A stretch of DNA of 23,172 nucleotides from Cyanobacteria bacterium P01_A01_bin.123 (lineage in GTDB: Bacteria > Cyanobacteriota > Cyanobacteriia > Phormidesmidales > Phormidesmidaceae), in contig JBCBZT010000084.1 of NCBI GenBank assembly GCA_039815185.1, forward strand, positions 1 to 23,172. Reading direction: 5' to 3'. This document shows, piece after piece, positions 1-8,629 of the stretch. The notes below the pieces were generated by a model that saw nothing but the letters and a program-made list of their open reading frames with translations, did no database searches and was not told the DNA's origin. The number at the start of each line of letters is the position of its first letter. Position 1 is the stretch's first letter. The position numbers and the translations under genes are program-made.

Positions 1-21
1 GGGACTAGGACGACGGTACAT
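1..21 (-). CDS. First 7 codons (MYRRPSP) of a probable IS5-family transposase, partial
   Basis: The reverse complement of 1-21 is ATG TAC CGT CGT CCT AGT CCC, open to the window edge and downstream of the putative terminal repeat. Only 7 codons are visible. Confidence 0.55.
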
Positions 22-29
22 CGGCAAGA

Positions 30-75
30 CAAGTGCAAGGGATTGAACCAATTATCGGCTTTTTCCTTGCACTTG
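30..75. repeat. Perfect 11-bp inverted repeat in the putative transposase leader
   Basis: CAAGTGCAAGG (30-40) and CCTTGCACTTG (65-75) are exact reverse complements with a 24-nt spacer, ending 8 nt before the ATG at 21. Confidence 0.85.
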
Positions 76-177
76 AATCTCGCTTTTGATTCCCTAAAGC
101 TTTGTGCTGAAACTGTTACAGCTTTTTTCAGCAAACCCTAATTAGATTGAGAACGTAGCCTTATCAAAGGTCAAAGT

Positions 178-1278
178 TTACTTCTGAGCCTTATAAAATG
201 GACGCTTCACGACCGTCGCCGGATACAGCTTTCCACGAATCTCAACCGATAGCGTCTGTCCCACTTTTGATAATCCTTGGGGAACATAGCCCAACGCAAT
301 TGGCATGCCCAAGGTGGGCGAAAGCGTTCCACTGGTAACAACCCCAACGGATTGCGCCTCATGCTGAATTAAATAGTCGTGGCGGGCGATGTTGCGGCCT
401 TCCATTTGTAACCCCACTAATCGCCGAGTCACGCCGTTGGTCTTTTGATCGTCCAACACTGCGCGACCGATAAAATCGCCTTTTTTATCCAGATGAACTA
501 ACCAGCTAAGCCCTGCCTCTAGCGGCGTGATCGTGTCGTTAACATCTTGACCATAGAGCGCCATCGCCGCTTCTAGTCGCAAGGTATCTCGTGCCCCCAG
601 GCCGCAGGGCACCACGCCCGCATCTATTAGCGCCTGCCAAACCTTGGTGGCAACATTAGCGGGGACCATTACTTCAAACCCGTCTTCGCCCGTATAGCCC
701 GTGCGCGCTAGAAAGGCTGTTTCCCCCAATAGCTTGGCCGTGGTGTGCCAGTAGCGTTTTACTTGGGCTAGGTCGGTCGCCACTAGCGTTTGTAGTTTGG
801 CCACTGCTGCTGGCCCCTGCACTGCGATTAGTGCTTGTTCACGGGACTGGTCTTGGAATAATACTTGCTGGGTATCTAACTGTTCGAGCAACCAACTTTT
901 GTCTTTGTCTGTCGTGGCGGCGTTAACGATCGCGATCGCCCGTTCTGTTCCATCTGCTTCAACCGCCTGCAAATAGACAATCAAGTCATCAATGACGCCC
1001 CCTTGGGGATTGAGCAGCACCGTGTACTGTGCTTTGCCGGGTACCAATCCGCTCAAATCGGTGGGGACTAACCGCTGTAGCTGATCGATTACCCCCTGGC
1101 CCACCAGCGTAAACTTGCCCATGTGGGAGATGTCGAACATCCCTGCAGCCTGCCGCACGGCCTGATGCTCTTGCTTAATGCCTTGATATTGCACAGGCAT
1201 TTCCCAACCCGAGAATTCGGTCATCCGGGCGTTGAGGGCCAAAGATTGATCGTAGAGTGGCGTGCGAGTGAGCGGCAT
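178..1278 (-). CDS. gcvT: Glycine cleavage system aminomethyltransferase (T protein)
   Basis: 366 aa with GcvT motifs: LTRTPLY, FSGWEMPVQY, GMFDISHMG, GGVIDDLIVY, ARTGYTGEDGFE, GLGARDTLRLEA and a C-terminal VVKRPFY. Confidence 0.97.
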   Translation of the reverse strand: MPLTRTPLYDQSLALNARMTEFSGWEMPVQYQGIKQEHQAVRQAAGMFDISHMGKFTLVGQGVIDQLQRLVPTDLSGLVPGKAQYTVLLNPQGGVIDDLIVYLQAVEADGTERAIAIVNAATTDKDKSWLLEQLDTQQVLFQDQSREQALIAVQGPAAVAKLQTLVATDLAQVKRYWHTTAKLLGETAFLARTGYTGEDGFEVMVPANVATKVWQALIDAGVVPCGLGARDTLRLEAAMALYGQDVNDTITPLEAGLSWLVHLDKKGDFIGRAVLDDQKTNGVTRRLVGLQMEGRNIARHDYLIQHEAQSVGVVTSGTLSPTLGMPIALGYVPQGLSKVGQTLSVEIRGKLYPATVVKRPFYKAQK

Positions 1279-1409
1279 AGGTTTAACAGAGATGATGGCG
1301 GTCTTCTCGTTGATTGTGCCAGGTTTTGGTGATGCGGTCAGAGGTTAGTCTTCTCGTCTTGTAATGTGGGCTGTTGCCACCACACCCGTTGTGCCGTCAC
1401 ATCCTCTCC

Positions 1410-1444
1410 CAAGTATTATCCAACCATAACTAGGATAATGCTTG
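1410..1444. repeat. 12-bp inverted repeat (one mismatch) between the Uma2 gene and gcvT; possible hairpin
   Basis: CAAGTATTATCC (1410-1421) pairs with GGATAATGCTTG (1433-1444). No U-tract follows, so a terminator role is not established. Confidence 0.55.
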
Positions 1445-1510
1445 ATCCAAGAGGGTCAGTTCAGAGGGTGGGGGCCTTTGCTTTGGCTATGCTCCGGCAC
1501 CAAAAAGCTG

Positions 1511-2146
1511 TTATGGATGCCGCCGCACCCACTGACGAAAATCGATTTCTGCGGTGACTTCGTCCACCAGGGCGGTTTCTAAGAAACGATATAGATCGGC
1601 CTTCGTAATGATGGGAAATGTTGGGGAGCGATCGCGCTCAACATAGCGCCCTTCTACCAAGCACAAAATCTGCCATACGCGCCCATTGAAGCGCCAAAAT
1701 TCTGATACGCCCAAGCTGGCATAAAGGGAATTTTTGTTGATGTCTGTATGGGTAATATCGACCTCAACGACTAAGTCAGGGGTGGGGTCAACCTTTAAGT
1801 CAATTTCGTGGTCAGCGACCTGACTGTAATTTTGAATGTAATAGCCATTATCGGGTTCAGCACTTTTGAACAAATCTTCGCGATCGAGGGTGGTAGACCC
1901 CATCGTTTTGACTTTCAGGCCCATCTCGACCACTAGGATTCGGATGAAGAGTTCAATCAACCGCGCCAAGCGCTCATGGCCTTCTAGGGACTTGGTGATT
2001 TCTAAAACGCCGTTATCGTAGGTGAACCGAGCACGGATACGCTCAGTCAATGCTCGCTGAATTTGCTTAAATGCTGGCCAGTCCAGGGCTGGGAAGGCTA
2101 CTCGTTTTTCACCGAGATGTGTCATCAGGGTTGGGAGGTTTGACAA
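1511..2146 (-). CDS. Uma2 family (DUF820) restriction-endonuclease-fold protein; start uncertain (TTG 2146 or ATG 2125)
   Basis: Motifs RFTYDNGVLEI, GSTTLDRED, AEPDNGYYIQN, PDLVVEVDIT and YASLGVSEFWRFNG are typical of the expanded cyanobacterial Uma2 family. Confidence 0.88.
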   Translation of the reverse strand: MSNLPTLMTHLGEKRVAFPALDWPAFKQIQRALTERIRARFTYDNGVLEITKSLEGHERLARLIELFIRILVVEMGLKVKTMGSTTLDREDLFKSAEPDNGYYIQNYSQVADHEIDLKVDPTPDLVVEVDITHTDINKNSLYASLGVSEFWRFNGRVWQILCLVEGRYVERDRSPTFPIITKADLYRFLETALVDEVTAEIDFRQWVRRHP

Positions 2147-2191
2147 GTTGGGGCATAGTCATACATGGCACAAAAATACTATGCCCCAACT
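2146..2191. repeat. Perfect 14-bp inverted repeat overlapping the Uma2 translation start region
   Basis: AGTTGGGGCATAGT (2146-2159) and ACTATGCCCCAACT (2178-2191) are exact reverse complements with an 18-nt spacer. Confidence 0.85.
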
Positions 2192-2198
2192 CTAGCAA

Positions 2199-2471
2199 CT
2201 AGGCTGCTTCCGGCATGTGTTGGTCATCCAAACAGGTCAACTGCCGCAAATTTTTCACTAGGATCAACAGCCAGTCTGCGGCGTCGTATCGCTTTTGATG
2301 GTTGAGGTCTTGGTAGGCAAACCAGTAGGCCATGGTAATGTTGGCGTCGGAGAGGTGCTGACGGGCTTGATGTAGAGCCGCAATTAGGGCAGTCGTATCT
2401 TCCTCTTGGGCGATCGCTTTGAATTGTTCACTCATCGTTTGCAAACTGGGGGCTGGAACGGACTGAAGCAT
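2199..2471 (-). CDS. Hypothetical protein (90 aa, probably helical)
   Basis: ATG-started ORF filling the gap between the Uma2 gene and the divergent peroxiredoxin-like gene, with a possible RBS (AGGAGA on the minus strand near 2480-2485). No family recognised. Confidence 0.6.
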   Translation of the reverse strand: MLQSVPAPSLQTMSEQFKAIAQEEDTTALIAALHQARQHLSDANITMAYWFAYQDLNHQKRYDAADWLLILVKNLRQLTCLDDQHMPEAA

Positions 2472-2649
2472 GGGCCAATCTCCTAGGCGACAGTTGGTCT
2501 ATAGCGCTCGCCAAATTGCTTAATGTACCGAGTATCAAGGGGGATACTGAGGAGGCAAGCAATCTGTCGATAGTTCAAATGTACCACATCTATATTTGTC
2601 GTGGAAAACTATCTCGCTAAGCTAGGAATAGCTCCCATCTGATTTGGTC

Positions 2650-3438
2650 ATGGATATCTACACCACTTTGCAGCAGACGACCCGTCAACGGGTAAGCGAT
2701 GGCGCGATCGCCCCCCTATTAGAAAACTGTGACGCCAGCCCTACCCTAGTCTTGCTTTGGCCCCAGCTAGGCGACTTTGACAGTCTGGAATATGCCTGGT
2801 GGCTACAGCGCGATCGCGCCAAGCTTGAACGCCAGGGGATTATGGTGCGGGCGGTGGGGATTGGCGATCGCGCAGCGGGCGATCGCTTTTGTCAATTTAC
2901 AGGCTTCCCGACGGACAGCTTGTTTGTAGATCCCACCGCTGAACTCCACCAGCAGCTTGATCTCTATGAGGGATTATCTGTTCAAGTGCCAGGGCTATCG
3001 TCAGGGCAGAATGCCTGGTTAAATCTAATGCTGATGTGTGCAGGCATTGGCAGTCCTGGCACCTTGGCTGAAGTGTTTCGCGGGTATCGGGGCGATCGCC
3101 AAGCGCCTCAATTGATTGGCGATGATGACGTGATTAAGGCAGGACCGCTGCCGCCGCTCAAGGGCAGCTTCTTTAAATCTGCGGGGGGCAAGGACTTCCA
3201 ACGCCCCTTCGAACTGGCAACCCTGCGGCTCCGTAACATGAGTGAAGTGCTGAGCCGCTGGAAAACTTACGTCCCCGATGCCGCTTACCTAACCCAGCGT
3301 GGGGCAACATTTCTATTTGATGCTACGGGTCAATTGATTTATGAACACCGCGATCCGGGGATTCTGGGCTTTGCTGCGGATATGGGTAATCCGCTGTCAT
3401 TTTTGGATTCGATACCGCTATCTCAGGCCGTAGGGTGA
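2650..3438 (+). CDS. Peroxiredoxin-like (AhpC/TSA_2-type) thioredoxin-fold protein
   Basis: Motifs LWPQLGDFDSLEYAWWL, VRAVGIG, FCQFTGFP, LFVDPTAELHQQL, QRPFELATLRLRNM and LTQRGATFLFD match the cyanobacterial peroxiredoxin-like family. ATG 2650 was chosen over TTG 2644. Confidence 0.85.
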   Translation: MDIYTTLQQTTRQRVSDGAIAPLLENCDASPTLVLLWPQLGDFDSLEYAWWLQRDRAKLERQGIMVRAVGIGDRAAGDRFCQFTGFPTDSLFVDPTAELHQQLDLYEGLSVQVPGLSSGQNAWLNLMLMCAGIGSPGTLAEVFRGYRGDRQAPQLIGDDDVIKAGPLPPLKGSFFKSAGGKDFQRPFELATLRLRNMSEVLSRWKTYVPDAAYLTQRGATFLFDATGQLIYEHRDPGILGFAADMGNPLSFLDSIPLSQAVG

Positions 3439-3580
3439 GCCTCACAAACGAGAACATCCGTGTATGCTCTAAGTAAGGATGCTGTTTTATTTCTGTCAGG
3501 GATTACTACAAAAGCATTTTTCATACAGCGGCTGAAAAACTTTTTAACGACAAGATTCCCTTGTACTCAGTGTGCAAACC

Positions 3581-4861
3581 ATGACTCCCCAACTGCTGTT
3601 GCGGATTTCAATCTCCGACCGTAAACAAGCTTTAGGATTGGCGGTGCTGCTGGGTTTCCTCTGGTTACCGAATGGGTGCGCCATTTTGCCCAGGGGGCAA
3701 GCACAACCCGGAGGTCGACCCCAGGCTGACGCAGGCCCTCCCGCTGTGGAAACCGTCATCGCTGAACCCGGAGCGGTGGCAGCAGACTTGACCTATACCG
3801 GCACCACTGCGCCGATTCAGCAAGTATCGCTGCGGGCACAAGCAGCTGGACAAGTGAGGCAGTTAACGGTTGATGTCGGCGATCGCGTCAGTCAAGGTCA
3901 ACTAATTGCCCAAATCGACGACAACGTATTGACCATTGATGTCCAGGAAGCCCATGCTGAACTGGCCAGTCGACAATCTGAAGTCGCCCAGGCCGAGGCT
4001 GAGGTTAGCGATGCTCAAACCGTGGTGGAGCAAGCTAAGGTAACGCTCCAGCAAGCCCAAGCCGACGCCAATCGACTACGGCGACTCGCTGATTCAGGCG
4101 CGATTTCTGAGCAAGACGCCGAACAGGCTGAAAGTGCGGTAGCGATCGCCCAACAAGCTTTAAACTCCGCCGAGCAACAGGTGCAAGCGCAACGAGCAGC
4201 CGTGCAAGCGGCCCAGGGGCAAGTGTCGTCTCAACAGGCGGTTGTGGGGCGATCGCAGGAACAGTTTTCTTTTACCCAGGTGGCAGCGCCGTTGGCGGGC
4301 GTGGTGATCAGTCGCCAGATAGAAGTCGGTGATGTGCTGCAAGTTGGCGACGAAATTGCCCAGTTGGGAGACTTTAGCGCAACTAAGGTCGAGATTCAAG
4401 TGTCTGAACTCGATTTGGTCGCGGTACAGCTTGGGCAAGCCGTACAGGTTCAACTCGATGCCTTCCCCCAACAGCCGTTTCCCGGCAGCATTACCCGCAT
4501 TTCGCCAGCCGCCGATCCCACGGCTCGTTTGATTCCTGTAGAAGTCACCCTATCTAACGTCGATGATCGGATTGGCAGTGGCCTCATGGCTCGGGTCACC
4601 CTAACCCCCACCGACGACGCCATCATTTTGCCAGAAGCGGTGCTCAGTATTCATGACGGTGAAGCCCCCGTGGTTTACGTGGTCAACCAGCAAGGCGATC
4701 AGGCCACAGTTGAAGCCCGCCCGGTAGAACTGGGCGCTCAACAAAACAGTCAAGTTGAAATTCTCTCTGGGCTCGAACCCGGAGAGTCTGTTGTGGTTCG
4801 CAGCGGAGGTTCTTTAGAAGACGGGCAACCTGTAAAGCTGAGCATCTTATCTGAGAATTAA
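3581..4861 (+). CDS. RND efflux transporter periplasmic adaptor (membrane fusion protein)
   Basis: Hydrophobic N-terminus ending in ...LPNGC (possible lipobox), lipoyl-half motifs VDVGDRVSQGQLIAQID and VAAPLAGVVISRQIEVGD, a long Q/A-rich coiled coil, and the C-terminal VEILSGLEPGESVV. It lies directly upstream of an RND permease. Confidence 0.93.
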   Translation: MTPQLLLRISISDRKQALGLAVLLGFLWLPNGCAILPRGQAQPGGRPQADAGPPAVETVIAEPGAVAADLTYTGTTAPIQQVSLRAQAAGQVRQLTVDVGDRVSQGQLIAQIDDNVLTIDVQEAHAELASRQSEVAQAEAEVSDAQTVVEQAKVTLQQAQADANRLRRLADSGAISEQDAEQAESAVAIAQQALNSAEQQVQAQRAAVQAAQGQVSSQQAVVGRSQEQFSFTQVAAPLAGVVISRQIEVGDVLQVGDEIAQLGDFSATKVEIQVSELDLVAVQLGQAVQVQLDAFPQQPFPGSITRISPAADPTARLIPVEVTLSNVDDRIGSGLMARVTLTPTDDAIILPEAVLSIHDGEAPVVYVVNQQGDQATVEARPVELGAQQNSQVEILSGLEPGESVVVRSGGSLEDGQPVKLSILSEN

Positions 4862-4921
4862 GCTTGACCTGACGTATCGTCTCAGAGAATTTTGGAGCTT
4901 GAGGCATGACTGATGCTGTGA

Positions 4922-4952
4922 ATTTTCGATTTTGGATTTTGAATTTTCGATT
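4922..4952 (+). repeat. Heptamer tandem repeat (ATTTTCG/ATTTTGG/ATTTTGA, about 4.4 copies), cyanobacterial STRR-type
   Basis: The sequence reads ATTTTCG ATTTTGG ATTTTGA ATTTTCG ATT in the intergenic region between the adaptor and permease genes. Confidence 0.85.
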
Positions 4953-5038
4953 GCCCAACCCATGCTGACCAGGCATTTTGAAGTGGCTATTTATCACCGG
5001 ATCAGCCCAAAGCACTAGCACTAAGCGACCTTACTCAT

Positions 5039-5168
5039 CCCCCTATCTCCCCCTCCCCATCTCCCTTCCCTCCCCATCTCCCTTCCCTCCCTATCTCCCC
5101 CACTCCCCATCTCCCCCACTCCCCCTGCCTCTCCCCCTCCCATGACACCCCCCTCCCCTCCCCCCTCC
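5039..5168 (+). repeat. C-rich degenerate tandem repeat (CCCCATCT/CCCCACT-like units) upstream of and extending into the RND permease start
   Basis: About 130 nt of nearly pure pyrimidine runs, such as CTCCCCATCTCCCTTCCCTCCCCATCTCCC. It encodes the MTPPSPPPSS N-terminus after ATG 5142. Confidence 0.9.
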
Positions 5169-8100
5169 AGCCTCAGCACCCTCGCAATTCGGCGACACAT
5201 TGGCACCCTAATGCTGACCCTAGCCGTGATTGTGCTGGGGCTGTTTTTTGTCACGCGACTGCCCGTTGATCTGCTGCCGTCGATTACCTATCCCCGCATT
5301 GGTGTCCGACTCGATGCCCCCGGCGTTGCCCCAGAAGTCGCTGTCGATGAAGTCACCCGTCCCCTAGAACAAGCCCTTGCAGCGACGGAGGGTGTTGAAC
5401 AAGTCTTTTCCCAAACTCGGGAGGGGCGGATTAGCGTTGATCTCTATTTTCAACCCGGTGGCGATATAGACCAGGCCCTGAATGACGCGACCGCCACGCT
5501 TAATCGGGCTCGCAACAATCTACCCGACACAGTGGGCCAACCCCGCTTATTCAAGTTTGATCCGTCACAATTGCCCGTCTATGAACTGGCGCTGACCTCT
5601 GCCTCATTACAAGGGGTTGATTTGCGGGTGTTTGCCGATGAAGAACTGGCGCGGGAACTGACAACCGTACCGGGGGTTGCCAGTGTAGATGTGTCGGGAG
5701 GGGTGCAGGAAGAAGTCCAGGTCGTGATTGACCCGAATCGGTTGCAGGCGTTGGGTCTGGGGCTCACTGAAGTGCTGGATGCCCTCAGCGATCGCAATCA
5801 AGACACCGCCGGAGGACGTCTACCAGAAGGAGATTCTGAATCGTTAACTCGGGTATTGGGTCGCTTCCAAAATGCCGACGAGATCCGCAATTTGTTGATT
5901 GAGATAGACGACACCGATCCGCCCCAGCAAGTGTACCTGCACGATGTGGCTGACGTGATTGACGGCACGGAAGACCAGCGGATCTTTGTCAATTTGAATG
6001 GACAGCCAGCGGTCAAAGTCAGTGTGCAAAAACAACCGGATGCCAATACGGTCACCGTGGTTGAGGGGGTGAAACAGCGGCTGGAAGCGCTGCGTCAGGC
6101 GGGGGCAATTCCAGCCGATAAGGTGTTGACCGCCACCCTGGATGAATCGATTGTGGTGCAAAACTCGATTCGCAACGTGGCGATCGCGGGGTTGAGCGGG
6201 GCGCTCTTGGCCGCGATCGCTGTGCTGCTTTTCCTCGGGTCGCTGCGTCAAACGCTGATTATTGTGTTGGCCATTCCTCTGGCCACGTTGACCGCTATTT
6301 TACTGATGGGCAGCTTTAACCTGTCATTGAATGTCTTTAGTTTGGGCGGGTTGGCCCTGGGCGTTGGCATTGTGGTGGATAATGCCATCGTTATGCTAGA
6401 GAACATTGCCAAAGGGGCTGAAACGGTTAAAGCCAGTGTTCATAACGGCAGTGCCCATAATGGCAGTGTCCATAACGGCAATGGCAACGGTAAATCCGGT
6501 TTGAACTCTGCATCAAGCCTTGCTGCCCCGCGTCACCTGTTGCGTCAGGCTGAGACCAGCAGTCGCGAACTTGAATCGGCCTTGCTCGCCTCTACGACAA
6601 CTAACCTGGTGGCGGTGCTGCCCTTTTTGCTGATTGGCGGGTTTATTTCCCTACTGTTTAGCGAGTTGATTCTAACCGTTAGCTTCTCCATCGCAGCGTC
6701 GATGGTCGTGGCCTTAACCGTCGTGCCGATGCTGGCCTCTCGACTCCTCGCCATTCGTCAATCCAGCGGGGTCAGAAACTGGGGGCTGATTCGCCAGTTT
6801 GATCAGCGACTACAGGGCATCACCCGTCAGTATGGGCAGCTGTTGGGTTGGGTTGTGGCCCGCAAGATTGGCGTCATCGCGATCGCGGTTTTAGTCCTCG
6901 GTGGGGGCAGTTGGCTGATGGTCGGCCAGATTCCCCAAGAAATTTTGCCCAGCATTAGCACCGGGCAAGCCAATGTGCGGGTGCAGTTCCCGCCAGGGAC
7001 AACGCTGGCTCAAAATCGCCAGGTGATGGGTGCCATCGACGAGTTGCTGCTGGCCCAACCTGAAACCGAGTATGTCTTTAGCACCGCTGGCGGCTTCCTG
7101 TTTGCCAGCATCACCAGTGCCAACACGTTGCGGGGCTCTAGCACCATCAACCTCAAGCCAGGCACCAATGTAGAAGCTTTTGCCGAACGGGTCAATCAAC
7201 AAGTTGCTCAGTTCAACCTGGTGGATACCCGAGTGCGCGTCTCACCAAGGTCAGTGCGGGGGCTGATTTTGAGCAATTCTCCCGTCAGGGCAGACATTGA
7301 CGTGATCCTGCAAAGCACTGATACCGCCGCCTTGGCCCAAGCGGGGCAGCAAGTCCTCGCTGCCCTGGGAGAGCAAGCAACCCTGGCTAATTATCTACCT
7401 GATGCCGATCCGCCCCAGCCAGAAGTGCAGATTCGTCCCGATTGGGAACGGGCTGCGGATTTGGGTCTGACCGCGCAATCCATTGGTCAGACGGTGCAAA
7501 CCTTGATCAACGGCTCGACCCCAACGCAACTGCAACGGGGCGATCGCCTGGTGGATATTCGCGTCCAAATGCCCGATGCGCTGGTGCGGCGTCCGGTGGA
7601 GTTAGGCTTGCTGCCCGTCTATGCCTCAGATGGACAACGGGTGCGGCTAGGAGATGTGGCCTCGATTACGGCGGGCAATGCGCCGGGTGAAATTCAGCGG
7701 ATCAACCAGCGGCAAGTCTTGATTCTTGAAGGCCGTTTATCGGAAGGGGCGAGTTTAGGCCAGGCGCTAGATGAAGTCGATCAGATTTTGGCCACGGTAG
7801 AGTTACCCGCTGGCGTCATCCGCTTGCCCAGCTTCGCGGCCCAAAGCAACCAGGCCATTCAGGGCTCTCTGGGAAGCTTGGGCTGGCTGGCCGCTTTCTT
7901 AGTGTTTACGGTGATGGCGGTGCAATATAATTCCCTCATCGATCCGCTGGTGATTATGCTGACGGTGCCTTTGGCTCTGGCTGGCGGCATTTTGGGCTTG
8001 TTTGTGACCCAAACCGCCATCGGGGCCACTGTGATCATCGGGGCCGTGCTGTTGATTGGCATCGTGGTCAACAACGCCATCATTATGGTGGAACTCGCCA

Positions 8101-8417
8101 ACCAGATCTGTCAGCAGGACGGAGTCGATCGAACCACCGCCATCCTGAGAGCTGCCCCCCAGCGCTTGCGCCCCATCTTGATGACGACGATCACCACGGT
8201 TTTAGGGATGTTGCCCCTAGCCCTGGGGGTGGGTACGGGTTCAGAGTTCTTTCAACCCTTGGGCGTCGTCGTGTTTGCCGGATTGTCTGTGGCGACGGTG
8301 TTAACCCTGTTTATCATTCCGTGTTTCTACACTTTGCTGCACAATTTGCCCTGGCAGCGACGGCTTCCGTTTGAAGCGCGATCGCGCTTGAGTTCTGAGA
8401 AACAGCGCGTGTCTTAA
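5142..8417 (+). CDS. RND efflux transporter permease subunit (AcrB/MdtB/C superfamily)
   Basis: 1091 aa with two large periplasmic domains and RND motifs LPVDLLPSITYP, VTRPLEQAL, KQPDANTV, GIVVDNAIVMLENI, IGIVVNNAII and RLRPILMTT. Confidence 0.96.
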   Translation: MTPPSPPPSSLSTLAIRRHIGTLMLTLAVIVLGLFFVTRLPVDLLPSITYPRIGVRLDAPGVAPEVAVDEVTRPLEQALAATEGVEQVFSQTREGRISVDLYFQPGGDIDQALNDATATLNRARNNLPDTVGQPRLFKFDPSQLPVYELALTSASLQGVDLRVFADEELARELTTVPGVASVDVSGGVQEEVQVVIDPNRLQALGLGLTEVLDALSDRNQDTAGGRLPEGDSESLTRVLGRFQNADEIRNLLIEIDDTDPPQQVYLHDVADVIDGTEDQRIFVNLNGQPAVKVSVQKQPDANTVTVVEGVKQRLEALRQAGAIPADKVLTATLDESIVVQNSIRNVAIAGLSGALLAAIAVLLFLGSLRQTLIIVLAIPLATLTAILLMGSFNLSLNVFSLGGLALGVGIVVDNAIVMLENIAKGAETVKASVHNGSAHNGSVHNGNGNGKSGLNSASSLAAPRHLLRQAETSSRELESALLASTTTNLVAVLPFLLIGGFISLLFSELILTVSFSIAASMVVALTVVPMLASRLLAIRQSSGVRNWGLIRQFDQRLQGITRQYGQLLGWVVARKIGVIAIAVLVLGGGSWLMVGQIPQEILPSISTGQANVRVQFPPGTTLAQNRQVMGAIDELLLAQPETEYVFSTAGGFLFASITSANTLRGSSTINLKPGTNVEAFAERVNQQVAQFNLVDTRVRVSPRSVRGLILSNSPVRADIDVILQSTDTAALAQAGQQVLAALGEQATLANYLPDADPPQPEVQIRPDWERAADLGLTAQSIGQTVQTLINGSTPTQLQRGDRLVDIRVQMPDALVRRPVELGLLPVYASDGQRVRLGDVASITAGNAPGEIQRINQRQVLILEGRLSEGASLGQALDEVDQILATVELPAGVIRLPSFAAQSNQAIQGSLGSLGWLAAFLVFTVMAVQYNSLIDPLVIMLTVPLALAGGILGLFVTQTAIGATVIIGAVLLIGIVVNNAIIMVELANQICQQDGVDRTTAILRAAPQRLRPILMTTITTVLGMLPLALGVGTGSEFFQPLGVVVFAGLSVATVLTLFIIPCFYTLLHNLPWQRRLPFEARSRLSSEKQRVS

Positions 8418-8474
8418 TCAGTTCAAATAGGTCTTCATCGTGTTGATAGCTACAGTTTAGTTCAACAAATTCCT

Positions 8475-8488
8475 TTAAATATATTTAA
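8475..8488. promoter_or_regulatory. Perfect 14-bp AT palindrome upstream of the ABC/GntR cluster; candidate operator
   Basis: TTAAATATATTTAA is self-complementary and lies about 140 nt upstream of the first gene. It contains only A and T, so it may be chance. Confidence 0.3.
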
Positions 8489-8629
8489 CGATGTATTAAT
8501 GAGTTTAGCCAAAAGATTCTGCGCTTAACGGGTTCAAAAAGCAGGCGTTGGGTTTCGTTCCTCAACCACAACCTACGCTTTCTTATATTTAATTGGGCCT
8601 TTCTACTTAACAGGTTAGAAAAACAGTCC

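Larger units (their letters stand above)
1..138 (-). mobile_element. Left (5') end of a probable IS5-family insertion sequence, running off the window start
   Basis: The minus strand reads TAGGGTTTGCTGAAAAAAGC from 140, resembling the terminal inverted repeat I recall for cyanobacterial IS5-type elements. It abuts the palindrome CTAATTAG (138-145). An internal 11-bp inverted repeat (30-75) precedes an ATG at 21 that begins MYRRPSP, like the MYRRP.PGQLSF N-terminus of cyanobacterial IS5 transposases. The other end is outside the window. Confidence 0.7.

Noticed and set aside
1301..1357. 10-bp direct repeat GTCTTCTCGT at 1301 and 1348 upstream of gcvT
   Set aside because: Only two short copies and no recognisable regulator motif; it cannot be told apart from chance.
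1279..1510. Glycine riboswitch upstream of gcvT
   Set aside because: A GGAGAG is present on the minus strand, but the conserved GCCGAAG and CTCAGG aptamer elements were not found.
2650..3438. Missing CxxC in the peroxiredoxin-like protein as a novelty
   Set aside because: LGDFDS at this position appears, from recall, to be the normal state of this cyanobacterial subfamily.
4683..5254. Minus-strand ORFs 4683-5021 and 5021-5254
   Set aside because: They are translations of the heptamer and G-rich repeats and overlap the RND genes antisense.
8418..8629. NtcA box upstream of the ABC cluster
   Set aside because: No GTA-N8-TAC was found by eye, so direct nitrogen control is not supported.
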